Shown here: one piece after another, positions 29,581 to 39,263 of the stretch
How the letters are laid out: each line of letters begins with the position of its first letter
How positions within the stretch are numbered: the stretch's first letter is position 1
Assembly (NCBI GenBank): GCA_044347565.1
Contig: JBIKUN010000002.1
Coordinates: 13,118-77,117 of the forward strand
Reading direction: 5' to 3'
From: Vicinamibacterales bacterium
Lineage (GTDB): Bacteria > Acidobacteriota > Vicinamibacteria > Vicinamibacterales > UBA2999
Length of the DNA stretch: 64,000 nt
The notes under the pieces: model-generated
What the model saw: only the letters and a program-made list of their open reading frames with translations
What the model was told of the DNA's origin: nothing
The model's database searches: none
Translations under genes and position numbers: made by a program

Positions 29581-30576
29581 GTGCGCCATTTCGTTGCTCT
29601 TGCGCTCCTGTCGGTCACCGCTTTTGGCGGCTTCGTCGCCGCGCAGGCGCCGAAGGCCCGCCACAACCGCGTCATCGCGCTGCTCGAGGCGAAGCAGCCG
29701 GTGTTCGGGCTGTACGCCCCGAGCAACCGACGTTTCCCCGGCGCCCAGGGCGCCGCGCCCGCCGCGCCGCCGAAGTCGCCGGCCGAACTCGCGCAGGAGG
29801 CCGCCGGCTACAAGCTGAGCGACTTCGTGTTCGACGGCAGCATGGAAGGTGACTTCGACAAGGCGTATCCCGTCTTCGCCGACTTCGCGAAGGGGCTCGC
29901 CGGCGCCGGCATCATCGCCCGTCAGCCGTCGCTGCACCTCACGCACCCGATGATCGTGAAGACGCCGGAACTGCGGCCCGACCTTGCCGCCGCGCAGGTG
30001 GCCATCGGCAAGCAGCTCAACCTCGGCGTGAGCGGCGTGATGCTCGTCACGGTCGAAACCGCCGCGGAAGCCCGCGCCGGCATCGCCGCCATGCGCTTCA
30101 AGTCGAAGGGCGGCGTGCGTCCGGACGACGTGGGCGGCGCGCCGGCTGTGTGGGGCATGAGCGAGGCCGAGTACCGCCGCAAGGCCGACGTGTGGCCGCT
30201 CAATCCCGAAGGCGAACTCATCAACTGGACGATCGTCGAAAGCAAGACCGGCCTTGCCAACCTGAAGGAAATCGCGGCGGTGCCCGGCATCGGCGTGTTG
30301 TGGCCCGGCGCCGGTACGCTGCGTGGCATCTTCTCCACGGCGGGCGCCGACGGCAAGCGTGTGCTCGACGAAGCCGCGTGGGAAAACGCCATCCAGTCGG
30401 TGCTCGCCGCCTGCAAGGCCAACAACATCGCGTGCGGCTTCCCGGCCAATGCCACCGACATCGAGACGCGCATGAAGCAGGGCTTCAACGTGTTCGTGAT
30501 GAACTGGGGCGACGCTGGTTTCAAGACCGTCGAAGCCGGCCGCAAGATCGCCGGCCGCACCGACACCTCGCGATAA
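29581..30576 (+). CDS. HpcH/HpaI aldolase-family protein with a signal peptide
   Basis: AAGGAGG followed by GTG; KQLNLGVSGVML..VETAAEA...AMRF, IVESKTGLANLKEIAAVPGI. Confidence 0.8.
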   Translation: MRHFVALALLSVTAFGGFVAAQAPKARHNRVIALLEAKQPVFGLYAPSNRRFPGAQGAAPAAPPKSPAELAQEAAGYKLSDFVFDGSMEGDFDKAYPVFADFAKGLAGAGIIARQPSLHLTHPMIVKTPELRPDLAAAQVAIGKQLNLGVSGVMLVTVETAAEARAGIAAMRFKSKGGVRPDDVGGAPAVWGMSEAEYRRKADVWPLNPEGELINWTIVESKTGLANLKEIAAVPGIGVLWPGAGTLRGIFSTAGADGKRVLDEAAWENAIQSVLAACKANNIACGFPANATDIETRMKQGFNVFVMNWGDAGFKTVEAGRKIAGRTDTSR

Positions 30577-30636
30577 CGCTCCGCGCGGCGGGGACGCTGA
30601 CACGCGTCTCCCGCCGCCGCCGGCCCTGAGCCGTTC

Positions 30637-30967
30637 ATGACCACCTTCGACGATCCGGCCTTCGTCGCCGCCTTCCGCGACACCACGCTTCCGACGAGCG
30701 CGTTCCATCATCGCGACCACGTGCGCATGGCGTGGCTCTACGTGCGCGAGCATGGGCCGATGGACGCGGCGCCGCGCTTCGCCGCGGACCTGCAGGCGTT
30801 CGCGTATGCCAAGGGTGTGCCCGGCCTCTATCACGCGACCATCACCGGCGCCTACATCGCCCTCATCGCCGAGCGGCAGCTCGACGCGCCAGCGGACACC
30901 TGGGACGCATTCGCCGCCGCGCGCGCAGTTCCTGCTGCCCGACCGTCTCGCCGCGTCCCCCGACTGA
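30637..30967 (+). pseudogene. Conserved hypothetical gene (FHHRDH / YHATIT family) with an apparent internal deletion and frameshift
   Basis: One frame reads ...DTWDAFAAA. The family-like C-terminus AQFLLPDRL* follows directly in another frame at about 30915-30925. Confidence 0.55.
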
Positions 30968-31022
30968 CGCCTTCCATGTCCGCCGCGAGCCGGATCGTCC
31001 GCGAAAAGTCTGGCCCCGCCTC

Positions 31023-31061
31023 GAATGGGGTCTGACCCCAAGAGTGCATAGGGACTCTCCC
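31023..31061. repeat. REP-like palindromes TGGGGTCTGACCCCA and GGGACTCTCCC
   Basis: Seen directly; same pattern as 34675-34720. Confidence 0.6.
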
Positions 31062-31144
31062 GGGATTCGTCACTCTCGCGTCATCGGGCTCGGCTACTCT
31101 CGCGATGCCGTACGCATTTCCTGCGAACAGCGAGGGAGACCGTC

Positions 31145-34100
31145 ATGACATTCGGAACGAACATCCGGCGCATGGCCGGACGCGCCACCGCGCTCGCCGC
31201 CACGCTGGGCATCTGCGCCGCCGTGCTGCCGCTGCTCGCCGACGGCACGCCGCAGAACCTGCCGGTCAGCCAGAACTGGAACAACGCCGCGCTCATCACG
31301 GTGAACGACACGTGGAGCGGCGTGCCCGGGTTCGAGGGCTTCCGGGGGGACGGCATCACCAGCGCGACGGGCGTCGATCCGCAGACGCTGCTGGTCGACG
31401 GGGCACCCGACGTCGTGAATGTCATCGCGAATCAGCTGAATCCCAACACACTCACAACCGGCGGCGTGGCCGAGTTCGGGATCACCGATCCGGTGGTCGC
31501 GCTCAATGGCTCGGGCACCGCCGATGCGCCGTATCTGCGCCTTTCGATCTCCACCACCGGCATTACCGGCGTGCGCGTGCGCTACACGCTGCGCGACCTC
31601 GACGGCTCGGCCGACAACGCCGTGCAGCCCATCGCGCTCCACTACCGTGTGGGCACGACCGGCCTCTGGACCAACGTGCCGGCGGCCTTCGTGGCGGATG
31701 CCACGACCGGGCCCAGCCTGGCGACGCTGACGACTCCGGTGGACGTGACGCTCCCGGCGGCGGTGGACAACCAGCCCATCGTGCAGCTCCGCGTCATGAC
31801 CGCCAACGCCGTCGGCAACGACGAGTGGGTGGGCATCGACGACATCGTCGTGGAAGCGGCCACTGCGCCGACCGCGCCAACGATCACCGGCGCCACCGGC
31901 ACGCCGGGCACGGTCGAACACGGGCAGACGCTCGTCATCGCGGCCACCGCGGCGGCGGGCTCGAATCCGGCGAGCACCACGCTCAGCGTGACGGCCGACG
32001 CCACGGCGGTGGGCGGCGCGACCGCGCTGCCGCTGCTCGACGACGGCGTGGCTCCCGATGCAACGGCCGGTGACCGCATCTTCACCGGCCAGACGATCGT
32101 GGCCGCATCGGCCGGCAGCGGCCCGCGCACCATTCCGCTGACGGTGACCGACGAGTTCGCCCGCACCGGTGGCGGCACGCTCACCGTGACCGTCATCGCG
32201 CCGATTCCAACCGTGACGATTCCCGAGATTCAGGGCAGCGGCGTCGCCTCATCGCTCACCGGCCAGGTCGTGCGCACGCGCGGTGTCGTCACGGCGCGCA
32301 AGTTCAACGGGCTCTACCTGCAGAGCGAGCCCGGCACCGAGGATGGCAATCCCGCGACCTCCGACGGCATCTTCGTCTTCACGAGCAGCGCGCCGAACGC
32401 GGCCTACCAGCCCGGCGACGTGCTGAGCGTCGTCGGCACGGTCGTGGAGTTCGTGCCGAGCGTCGATCCGCAGAGCCCGCCGCTCACCGAGCTGTCCTTC
32501 GCGACGTTCGTGGAAGTGGGCACGGCGGCGCTGCCCGCGCCAGTCGCCATCACACCGGCCCTGGCCGATCCGAACGGCGGCCTGCAGCAGCTCGAACCCC
32601 TTGAGGGCATGCGCGTGTCGATCGCGTCACTCACGGCGGTGTCGGGCTCGGACGGTAACGTGAACGAGCCGAACAACACCGGCTCGAACACCGGCGTCTT
32701 CTACACCGTACTCACCGGCACGCCGCGGCCGGTGCGTGAGGCCGGCATTCCGGCGATGGACCCGGTGCTGGTGTGCGCGGCCGGCACGGGCTGCACGATT
32801 CCCGTGTTCGACCAGAATCCGGAACTGCTGCGGGTGGACGCGGATGCCATTCAGGGCGTGACGGCGCCGGTCGTCACGACCGGCGCGCTGATGACCGACG
32901 TCACCGCCATCGTCGACTACGGCTTCCGCAGCTACACGCTGCTGCCGACGGCTCCGCTCGTGCCCGCGGGGCTCAGCGTGGGCGTGCCCGCCCGCCCGCG
33001 CGCGGCCGGTGAGTTCACGGTGGCGTCGTACAACTTGCAGCGGCTCTTCGACACGGTGAACGATCCGAATGTCGGCGATCCGGTGGTGACCGCCACGGCC
33101 TACGCCAACCGTCTCATCAAGATCTCGGCGGCCGTGCGCGGCTTCCTGCACACGCCCGACATCCTCGGCGTGCAGGAAGCGGAGAACCTCACGGTGCTGC
33201 AGGACCTGGCGGCGCGCATCGACGCCGATGCCACGGCGGCGGGCCAGCCGGCGCCTGGCTACACCGCGTTCCTCCTGGAAGGGAACGACGTCGGCGGCAT
33301 CGACGTCGGCTTCCTCGTGACCTCGCGTGTCACCGTGCAGAGCGTCGTGCAGCACGGCCTCACCGACACCTATACCAATCCCGTGAACGGCCTGCAGGAG
33401 ACGCTGAACGATCGGCCGTCGCTGTCGATTCGCGCCACCGTGGCCGCCGAGCCCGGCACGCTGCCGGCCGAGGTCGTGGCGGTCGTGCACCACCTGCGAT
33501 CGCTCAACGGCGTGGACGAGGCCGATGGCCGCGTGCGCGCCAAGCGTCTCGCGCAGGCCGAATACGTCGCGCGGACACTCGATGGCCTGCGCGCGAGCTA
33601 CCCCGGGGTGCCGGTCGTCTCGGTGGGCGACTACAACGCCTTCGAAGTGAACGACGGCTATGTCGATGTGCTGGGGGTGGCGCGCGGCGTGCCGGCGCCG
33701 GCCAGCGACGTGGTGCTCTTCGGGGCCGACCTGCTGGCCTCCGACTTCCTGCTCGCGCCGGCGGTGGCGGCGACGCCGGCCGGCCAGACCTACTCCTACG
33801 TCTTCGAGGGCAGCGCGCAGTCGCTCGACCACGTGCTCGTCTCGGCCGAAGCGGCCGCGGCGCTCGCGGCGTTCGACCACGCGCGCATCAACGCCGACTT
33901 CCCCGAGATCTACCGCGGCGATGCCACGCGCGTCGAACGCACGAGCGACCACGATCCGGCGATCGCCTACTTCCGCTTCCCGCGCGACCTGATGCCGCCG
34001 GTGGTCACGGTGCCGGCCGACCAGCAGGTCACCGCGCAGGGGCCCTTCGGCGCGCTCGTCACCTACACGGCGTCGGCCACCGATGACATCGATGGCAGCG

Positions 34101-34660
34101 TCGCGGTCACCTGCGCGCCGGCGTCGGGTTCGCTCTTCGCCGTCGGCGCGACACTCGTGAGCTGCACGGCAACCGATGCCGTGGGCAACGTGGGCAGCGC
34201 GACGTTCACGGTCACGGTGGTGAATCCGAACACGGCCGGACTGCTGGCCGGCGCCACCGTGCAGGGCCTCGGCCCGGCCGGCACGCGTGTGGTCTTCAGC
34301 GCCGCCCGCACGACCGGCGGGCAGTCGGGCGCGAGCGTGCTGGCGATTGGCCGGCTCGGCTCGGGCGCCCCGGCGCTCTTCGTCGCCACCGGCATCGGCG
34401 CGGTGAGCTTCTACAACGACCCGGCGTCGTCGCCCGGCCCGTGGCCGGCGAGTGGCGTGGACACGACGCGGGTCGTCGGCACGGGCTGGCTGAACGGTGT
34501 CGCCGGACACACCTTCGAACTCGTCGCGGTCGATCGCGGTGAACCGGGGCGTGGCCGCGACGGCGTGCAGCTCACCGTGCGCACCGCCCAGGGCGTGGTG
34601 GTGCTGCAGACGACCGGCGTCATCGACGCAGGGAACGTCGACTCGCTGCCCATCTGGTAG
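31145..34660 (+). CDS. Large extracellular nuclease (ExeM/NucH-like: N-terminal beta domain, OB folds, EEP domain, HYR domain)
   Basis: TIPEIQG, TSDGIFVF, LEGMRV, ASYNLQRLFD, GVQEAEN, VGDYN, YSYVFEG..LDHVL, SDHDP and a HYR repeat (TASATDDIDG..C.PASGS.F.VG.T.V.CTATD). Confidence 0.85.
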   Translation: MTFGTNIRRMAGRATALAATLGICAAVLPLLADGTPQNLPVSQNWNNAALITVNDTWSGVPGFEGFRGDGITSATGVDPQTLLVDGAPDVVNVIANQLNPNTLTTGGVAEFGITDPVVALNGSGTADAPYLRLSISTTGITGVRVRYTLRDLDGSADNAVQPIALHYRVGTTGLWTNVPAAFVADATTGPSLATLTTPVDVTLPAAVDNQPIVQLRVMTANAVGNDEWVGIDDIVVEAATAPTAPTITGATGTPGTVEHGQTLVIAATAAAGSNPASTTLSVTADATAVGGATALPLLDDGVAPDATAGDRIFTGQTIVAASAGSGPRTIPLTVTDEFARTGGGTLTVTVIAPIPTVTIPEIQGSGVASSLTGQVVRTRGVVTARKFNGLYLQSEPGTEDGNPATSDGIFVFTSSAPNAAYQPGDVLSVVGTVVEFVPSVDPQSPPLTELSFATFVEVGTAALPAPVAITPALADPNGGLQQLEPLEGMRVSIASLTAVSGSDGNVNEPNNTGSNTGVFYTVLTGTPRPVREAGIPAMDPVLVCAAGTGCTIPVFDQNPELLRVDADAIQGVTAPVVTTGALMTDVTAIVDYGFRSYTLLPTAPLVPAGLSVGVPARPRAAGEFTVASYNLQRLFDTVNDPNVGDPVVTATAYANRLIKISAAVRGFLHTPDILGVQEAENLTVLQDLAARIDADATAAGQPAPGYTAFLLEGNDVGGIDVGFLVTSRVTVQSVVQHGLTDTYTNPVNGLQETLNDRPSLSIRATVAAEPGTLPAEVVAVVHHLRSLNGVDEADGRVRAKRLAQAEYVARTLDGLRASYPGVPVVSVGDYNAFEVNDGYVDVLGVARGVPAPASDVVLFGADLLASDFLLAPAVAATPAGQTYSYVFEGSAQSLDHVLVSAEAAAALAAFDHARINADFPEIYRGDATRVERTSDHDPAIAYFRFPRDLMPPVVTVPADQQVTAQGPFGALVTYTASATDDIDGSVAVTCAPASGSLFAVGATLVSCTATDAVGNVGSATFTVTVVNPNTAGLLAGATVQGLGPAGTRVVFSAARTTGGQSGASVLAIGRLGSGAPALFVATGIGAVSFYNDPASSPGPWPASGVDTTRVVGTGWLNGVAGHTFELVAVDRGEPGRGRDGVQLTVRTAQGVVVLQTTGVIDAGNVDSLPIW

Positions 34661-34674
34661 CAGTTCCTGCGACG

Positions 34675-34720
34675 GGGGACCGTCCCCATTCAAGGCGGGC
34701 CTTGAAAAGGGACCGTCCCC
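34675..34720. repeat. Pair of REP-like GGGACCGTCCCC palindromes between convergent genes
   Basis: ggggaccgtccccattc and gaaaagggaccgtcccc. Confidence 0.65.
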
Positions 34721-34767
34721 CGATACGTTTCCCCGGGGGGACGCAGGCAGAGCCCGAAGCGTCCGCC

Positions 34768-35958
34768 TCAGAGCGGCGGGGCGGCGCCCGACATCCGCGC
34801 GATGGCGGCCTCGCCGTATCCGAGCGCCTCGAGCACCGCCGCCGTATGCTCGCCGAGCAGCGGCGCGCGCCGGCTCGGATCGAGCGGTGTCTCGGACATC
34901 TTGATTGGCGTGCCGATCGTGCGCACGCGGCCGAGCACCGGGTGGTCCACCTCCACGGCCATCTCCCGCGCCTTCGCCTGCGGCTGGTCGAACGCCTCGG
35001 CGTAGTCGAGGATCGGCCCGCAGGGCACGCCCGCCGCCTCGAGGCGCGCCAGCCACGCGTCGCGCGTGCCGGTCACCGTCACCGCTTCGATCGCCGCAGC
35101 GAGCAACTCGCGGTGCTCCACCCGTGTCGTGTCGGTGGCAAAACGCGGATCGGTGATCCACGCGCGATGGCCGAGCACGTCGGCCACCTTCTCGAACGTC
35201 TTCTGGTTCGCCGCGCCGAGGGTGATGTAGCCGTCGGCGCAGCGCACCGCCTGATACGGCGCGCTCATGCGGTGGGCCGAGCCGAGCGGCCCTGGCACGC
35301 CGCGTCCGCCGAAGTACTCCGTCGCCTCCCACACCGACAGCGCCAGGCCCGCGTCGCCGAGCGACGTGTCGATGTGCTGCCCGCGGCCGGTGCGATCGCG
35401 GTAGTGCAGCGCGGCCAGGATACCCGACAGCGCGAAGAGCCCGGCGCCGAGGTCGGTCACCGGGATGCCGGCCTTCACCGGCGGCCGGCCCGGCTCGCCG
35501 GTGACCGACATGATCCCCGACACGCCCTGCGCGACCAGGTCGAAGCCGCCCTTCATGGCCCACGGGCCCGTCTGGCCGTAGCCCGAGATCGAGGCGTAGA
35601 TGAGATGCGGGTTCTCGCTCACGAGCGCACGGTAGTCGAGGCCGAGCGAGGCCATGACGCCGGGACGGAAGTTCTCGATGAGGATGTCGGCGGTGGCGAC
35701 GAGCTTGTGGAAACCGTCGCGCGCTTCGTCGCGGCGCAGATCGAGCACCACACCAAGCTTGCCCCGGTTGACGGCATTGAAGGCGGCGCTCTCGGTGCCG
35801 GTGCTGCCGGCCATGTGGCGCGTGGAGTCGCCGCGGGGCGGTTCCACTTTGATGACCCGCGCGCCCATGTCCGCCAGTAACATCGCGCAGTAGGGTCCCG
35901 CCATCACCTGGGTGAGGTCGAGTACCACTATGCCTTCGAGTAACGTTGTCCTGGACAT
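34768..35958 (-). CDS. CaiB/BaiF family (class III) CoA-transferase
   Basis: LEGIVVLDLTQVMAGPYC..LADMGARVIKVE, NRGK, ENFRPG, ISGYGQTGP, APLLGEHT. Confidence 0.92.
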   Translation of the reverse strand: MSRTTLLEGIVVLDLTQVMAGPYCAMLLADMGARVIKVEPPRGDSTRHMAGSTGTESAAFNAVNRGKLGVVLDLRRDEARDGFHKLVATADILIENFRPGVMASLGLDYRALVSENPHLIYASISGYGQTGPWAMKGGFDLVAQGVSGIMSVTGEPGRPPVKAGIPVTDLGAGLFALSGILAALHYRDRTGRGQHIDTSLGDAGLALSVWEATEYFGGRGVPGPLGSAHRMSAPYQAVRCADGYITLGAANQKTFEKVADVLGHRAWITDPRFATDTTRVEHRELLAAAIEAVTVTGTRDAWLARLEAAGVPCGPILDYAEAFDQPQAKAREMAVEVDHPVLGRVRTIGTPIKMSETPLDPSRRAPLLGEHTAAVLEALGYGEAAIARMSGAAPPL

Positions 35959-36703
35959 CGACGGACCTGTCGCCACGGTCACCCTGGCGCGGCCGTCGGC
36001 GAAGAATGCCCTGACGTGGGAGATGTACGACGCCCTCGTCGAAGCGTGTGACGCGCTCGCCGGCTCGGGCGCGCGCGTGGTCATCATACGAGGTTCGGGC
36101 GGCGTGTTCTCGGCCGGCACCGACATCCATCAATTCGACGCCGTGCGCACGGGCGCCGACGGCGTCGCCTACGAACGGCGGATTGGCGCCGTCATCGACC
36201 GGTGGGAGGCGCTCGACGTGCCCACGATCGCCTCTGTCGAGGGGCCGGCCGTGGGCGGCGGCTGCGCCCTGGCGCTCGCCTGCGACCTGCGCGTCGCCGC
36301 CGACACCGCCAGCTTCGGCGTGCCCGTGGCGCGCACGCTCGGCAACTGCCTGTCGGTCGAGAACCTGGCGCGGCTCGCGGACCTCATCGGGCCGGCCCGC
36401 GCCACCGAGCTGATGCTCACCGGCCGGCTCGTCTCGGCCGACCAGGCGCTCGAGTGGGGGCTTGTCACGAAGGTCCTGCCCACGAGCGAACTCGAGACCG
36501 AGACGCTGGCCCTTGCGCTCGAGCTGTCGCGCCGCGCGTCGAGCACCGTGCGCGCCACCAAGGCGATGCTGCGCCGCCTGCGCGCGGCCCGGCGTCTGCC
36601 CGCCGGCGCCGGCGACGATCTCATCGCCGCCTGTTACGAGAGCGCCGATTTCCGTGAAGGTGTCGAGGCCTTCACTGCGCGGCGCAAGCCGGTGTTCAGC
36701 TAG
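35930..36703 (+). CDS. Enoyl-CoA hydratase/isomerase family protein
   Basis: VATVTLARP..KNALT, FSAGTDI, AVGGG..LALACDLR, DFREGVEAF..RKPVF. Confidence 0.92.
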   Translation: MPSSNVVLDIDGPVATVTLARPSAKNALTWEMYDALVEACDALAGSGARVVIIRGSGGVFSAGTDIHQFDAVRTGADGVAYERRIGAVIDRWEALDVPTIASVEGPAVGGGCALALACDLRVAADTASFGVPVARTLGNCLSVENLARLADLIGPARATELMLTGRLVSADQALEWGLVTKVLPTSELETETLALALELSRRASSTVRATKAMLRRLRAARRLPAGAGDDLIAACYESADFREGVEAFTARRKPVFS

Positions 36704-37973
36704 GGCCGGTCACCACACCGCCGCCCTGCCCCTTGCTCTCGTAGAGGCGGCCGTCGGCCGTGCGCAGCAGATCGCGCAAGGTCGTGCCGTCGGCGGGATA
36801 CGTCGCCAGACCGATGCTGACCGAGGCGGGCGCCCACGGCGCGCGCGGCTCGGCCGCCGCGCTGGCGGCGTGTATGTTGTCGGCCAGGCGGTCGGCGAAG
36901 ATCCGCGCCGCCGTTGCATCGGCGTTGGTCAGGATGACCACGAACTCGTCGCCTCCGTACCGGCATGCGGCGTCCGACGTCCGCACCATCTGGCTGATCT
37001 CCCGCGCGACCGCGCGCACGAGATCGTCGCCCGCCTGGTGGCCGAAGCGATCGTTGGCCATCTTCAGGCGGTCGATGTCCACGAGCGCCAGGCTCATCTG
37101 GTGGCGGGCGCGGTCTGCGTGGGCGAGCTGTCGTGGCGCGACTTCCTCGAAGTAGCCGCGGTTGTAGAGTCCGGTGAGGGCATCGCGGGCCATCAGGGTC
37201 CGCGCCTCCTCGTAGCGCTGCCGGTAGGTCAGCCACGCGAAGACATCGCCGCGTCCGACGGTGCCGCCGGCCGAGGACGGCGGCTGCTCGAACCGCTTCA
37301 CGTACCACGCTGTGAGCGCGGCATAGAAGGTCGCGCCGGCCACCTTGGCGACGAGTCCAGAGGCGAGGATGCTCCAGGACGAGCGCCCCGGCGCGAAGGC
37401 GAGCGTCGTGAAGAGCACGCTGTCGAGCACCATGACCAGCGCCGCGGTGGTCCAGAGGCGCAGGAACAGGCTGCGCACGCGCCGGCTGAGCGCTTCGAAG
37501 AGCACGATGGCGCCGACGAGGTCGGCGACGACGGCGAGCGAACTGGCGACGATGAGGCGCCCCGGCTGCTGCACCGCGTCCGGCGCCAGACCCAGTACGC
37601 TGTCGTGGCCCGGATAGCGCAGATGCTGTCCGGCCATCGTCGTCACGGCATAGAGCGTGAGATTGCAGATGACGATGCCGTAGGCGAGCGACCGCGTGGC
37701 CTCGGCGTCGTCCTCGACGTAGGTGAGCAGCACGACCATCACGGTGAGCGGGAAGAGCACCGCCGTGGCCGGGCTGATCCAGAAGCCCGGCGCGATCTGC
37801 ACACGAATGGACGTGGCGAACACGAACTGCGCGAACTGGAGCGTGCCGAGCACCAGGTAGAGCGGGCCCAGCCCGACCCGCCCTCGCTGATGGAACAGCG
37901 CGAGCAGCACGCCGCCACAGAATACGGCCTGCGCCGCGAGGAAGATGGCGTGGAACAGCATACCGGCCCTCAC
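36696..37973 (-). CDS. Membrane diguanylate cyclase with an N-terminal multi-TM domain resembling VUT/YhhQ transporters
   Basis: RDALTGLYNR, DIDRLKMANDRFGHQAGD, RTSD I-site, RYGGDEF. The TM region ends in VLDSVLFTTLAF. Confidence 0.85.
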   Translation of the reverse strand: MRAGMLFHAIFLAAQAVFCGGVLLALFHQRGRVGLGPLYLVLGTLQFAQFVFATSIRVQIAPGFWISPATAVLFPLTVMVVLLTYVEDDAEATRSLAYGIVICNLTLYAVTTMAGQHLRYPGHDSVLGLAPDAVQQPGRLIVASSLAVVADLVGAIVLFEALSRRVRSLFLRLWTTAALVMVLDSVLFTTLAFAPGRSSWSILASGLVAKVAGATFYAALTAWYVKRFEQPPSSAGGTVGRGDVFAWLTYRQRYEEARTLMARDALTGLYNRGYFEEVAPRQLAHADRARHQMSLALVDIDRLKMANDRFGHQAGDDLVRAVAREISQMVRTSDAACRYGGDEFVVILTNADATAARIFADRLADNIHAASAAAEPRAPWAPASVSIGLATYPADGTTLRDLLRTADGRLYESKGQGGGVVTGPS

Positions 37974-38018
37974 ATCATCGGCACCCGCGCCGCCCAGCCC
38001 AGCCGGGTCGCGCAGGCA

Positions 38019-39263
38019 TCAGAAAAGCAGCCAGCAGGCCAGTGTGCCGACGACGGTCATCGACATGCCCCAGGCCAGCAGGTGATTGAAGAGACGGCGC
38101 GATTCCGCGGCGTGGTGGCCGGGAAGCGCTGCGATGCAGAGCGCGCCGATGGTCGAGAGCGGCGACAAATCCACGAGGTGGCCGCCCACCACCATCGACG
38201 AGGCAATCGCCATCGGGTCGCCGCCGCCGAGCCGCTCGACGAGGCCGGGCACGGTGGGCAGGAAGGCCGGCAGCACGACACCCGACGTGCTGCTGTAGAC
38301 CGAGACGATGCCGGTCGCGAACGCCACGACGGCCGTGACGGTGGACGGCGACGAGACGCTGGCGAGGATGTCGGTGAAGAGCGACATGCCCTGCGTCTTC
38401 TCGAGCACCCCGATGAGCACCGTGACACCGCACACCATCAGCACGACGCCCCACGGCATGCGCTTGATGGCTTCCTTCTCGTCGCCGGCCTTCACGAGCG
38501 ACAGGAACGTGGCGCCGGTGAGGGCCGCCATGCCCACCTGGAACTCGAACAGGATTACGCCGAGCACGACCGACGCCAGCACGCCGAGCGTGAGCCAGTG
38601 TCTCGTCTCGAAGGGCTCGTGCGGGGTCAAAGCCGCGCCGTCCCCCGCCTTGTGATTCGTGAAGAGCCGCCAGCCGCCGAGGCACAAGTAGGCGATGAAG
38701 GTCACCACCACGTGGGCCAGGAGGTTGTTGCCGTAGGTGGTCCACTCATGCCCGGCGAGGCCGATCTTCGCCATGACGCCGTTGACGATGACGCCGGTGG
38801 GCGCAAACGGCGAGACGGCGCCGGCCTGGGCGCCGTTGCCGAGCATGAGCGCGCTCAGGAAGGGCGGCACGCCGGCCTGCGCGCCCACCGCCATGCCCAT
38901 CGGCGCGAGCAGCGCCGCCGTGGCGATGTTGCCGGGCCCGATCGAGGAGAGCACGAGCGCGACGACAAAGAACATCACCGGGATGATGCCGGCATTGCCG
39001 CGGCAGACGGCGACCGCGCGCGCCGCCAGGCGCTGCAGCGTGCCGTTCACGTTGGCCATGCCGAAGAGCAGCGTGACGCCGGCGAGGGTGATGAAGAGCG
39101 GCACCGGGAACGCGCCGATGACGTCCGCGTACTTCATGCCGCCCAGGTAGACGCCGACGATCCAGGCGAGCGCCAGCGACACCACGCCGACATTCACCTG
39201 GCTCACCATACTGAGTGCCACGGCCGTGAGCAGGGCGGCGAGCGAGATCCACGCGATGTTCAT
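38019..39263 (-). CDS. SLC13/IT-superfamily (di)carboxylate permease
   Basis: Many TM helices; ANVNGTL, SPFAPTG, SSTSGVVLP, SPLSTIGA. Confidence 0.8.
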   Translation of the reverse strand: MNIAWISLAALLTAVALSMVSQVNVGVVSLALAWIVGVYLGGMKYADVIGAFPVPLFITLAGVTLLFGMANVNGTLQRLAARAVAVCRGNAGIIPVMFFVVALVLSSIGPGNIATAALLAPMGMAVGAQAGVPPFLSALMLGNGAQAGAVSPFAPTGVIVNGVMAKIGLAGHEWTTYGNNLLAHVVVTFIAYLCLGGWRLFTNHKAGDGAALTPHEPFETRHWLTLGVLASVVLGVILFEFQVGMAALTGATFLSLVKAGDEKEAIKRMPWGVVLMVCGVTVLIGVLEKTQGMSLFTDILASVSSPSTVTAVVAFATGIVSVYSSTSGVVLPAFLPTVPGLVERLGGGDPMAIASSMVVGGHLVDLSPLSTIGALCIAALPGHHAAESRRLFNHLLAWGMSMTVVGTLACWLLF

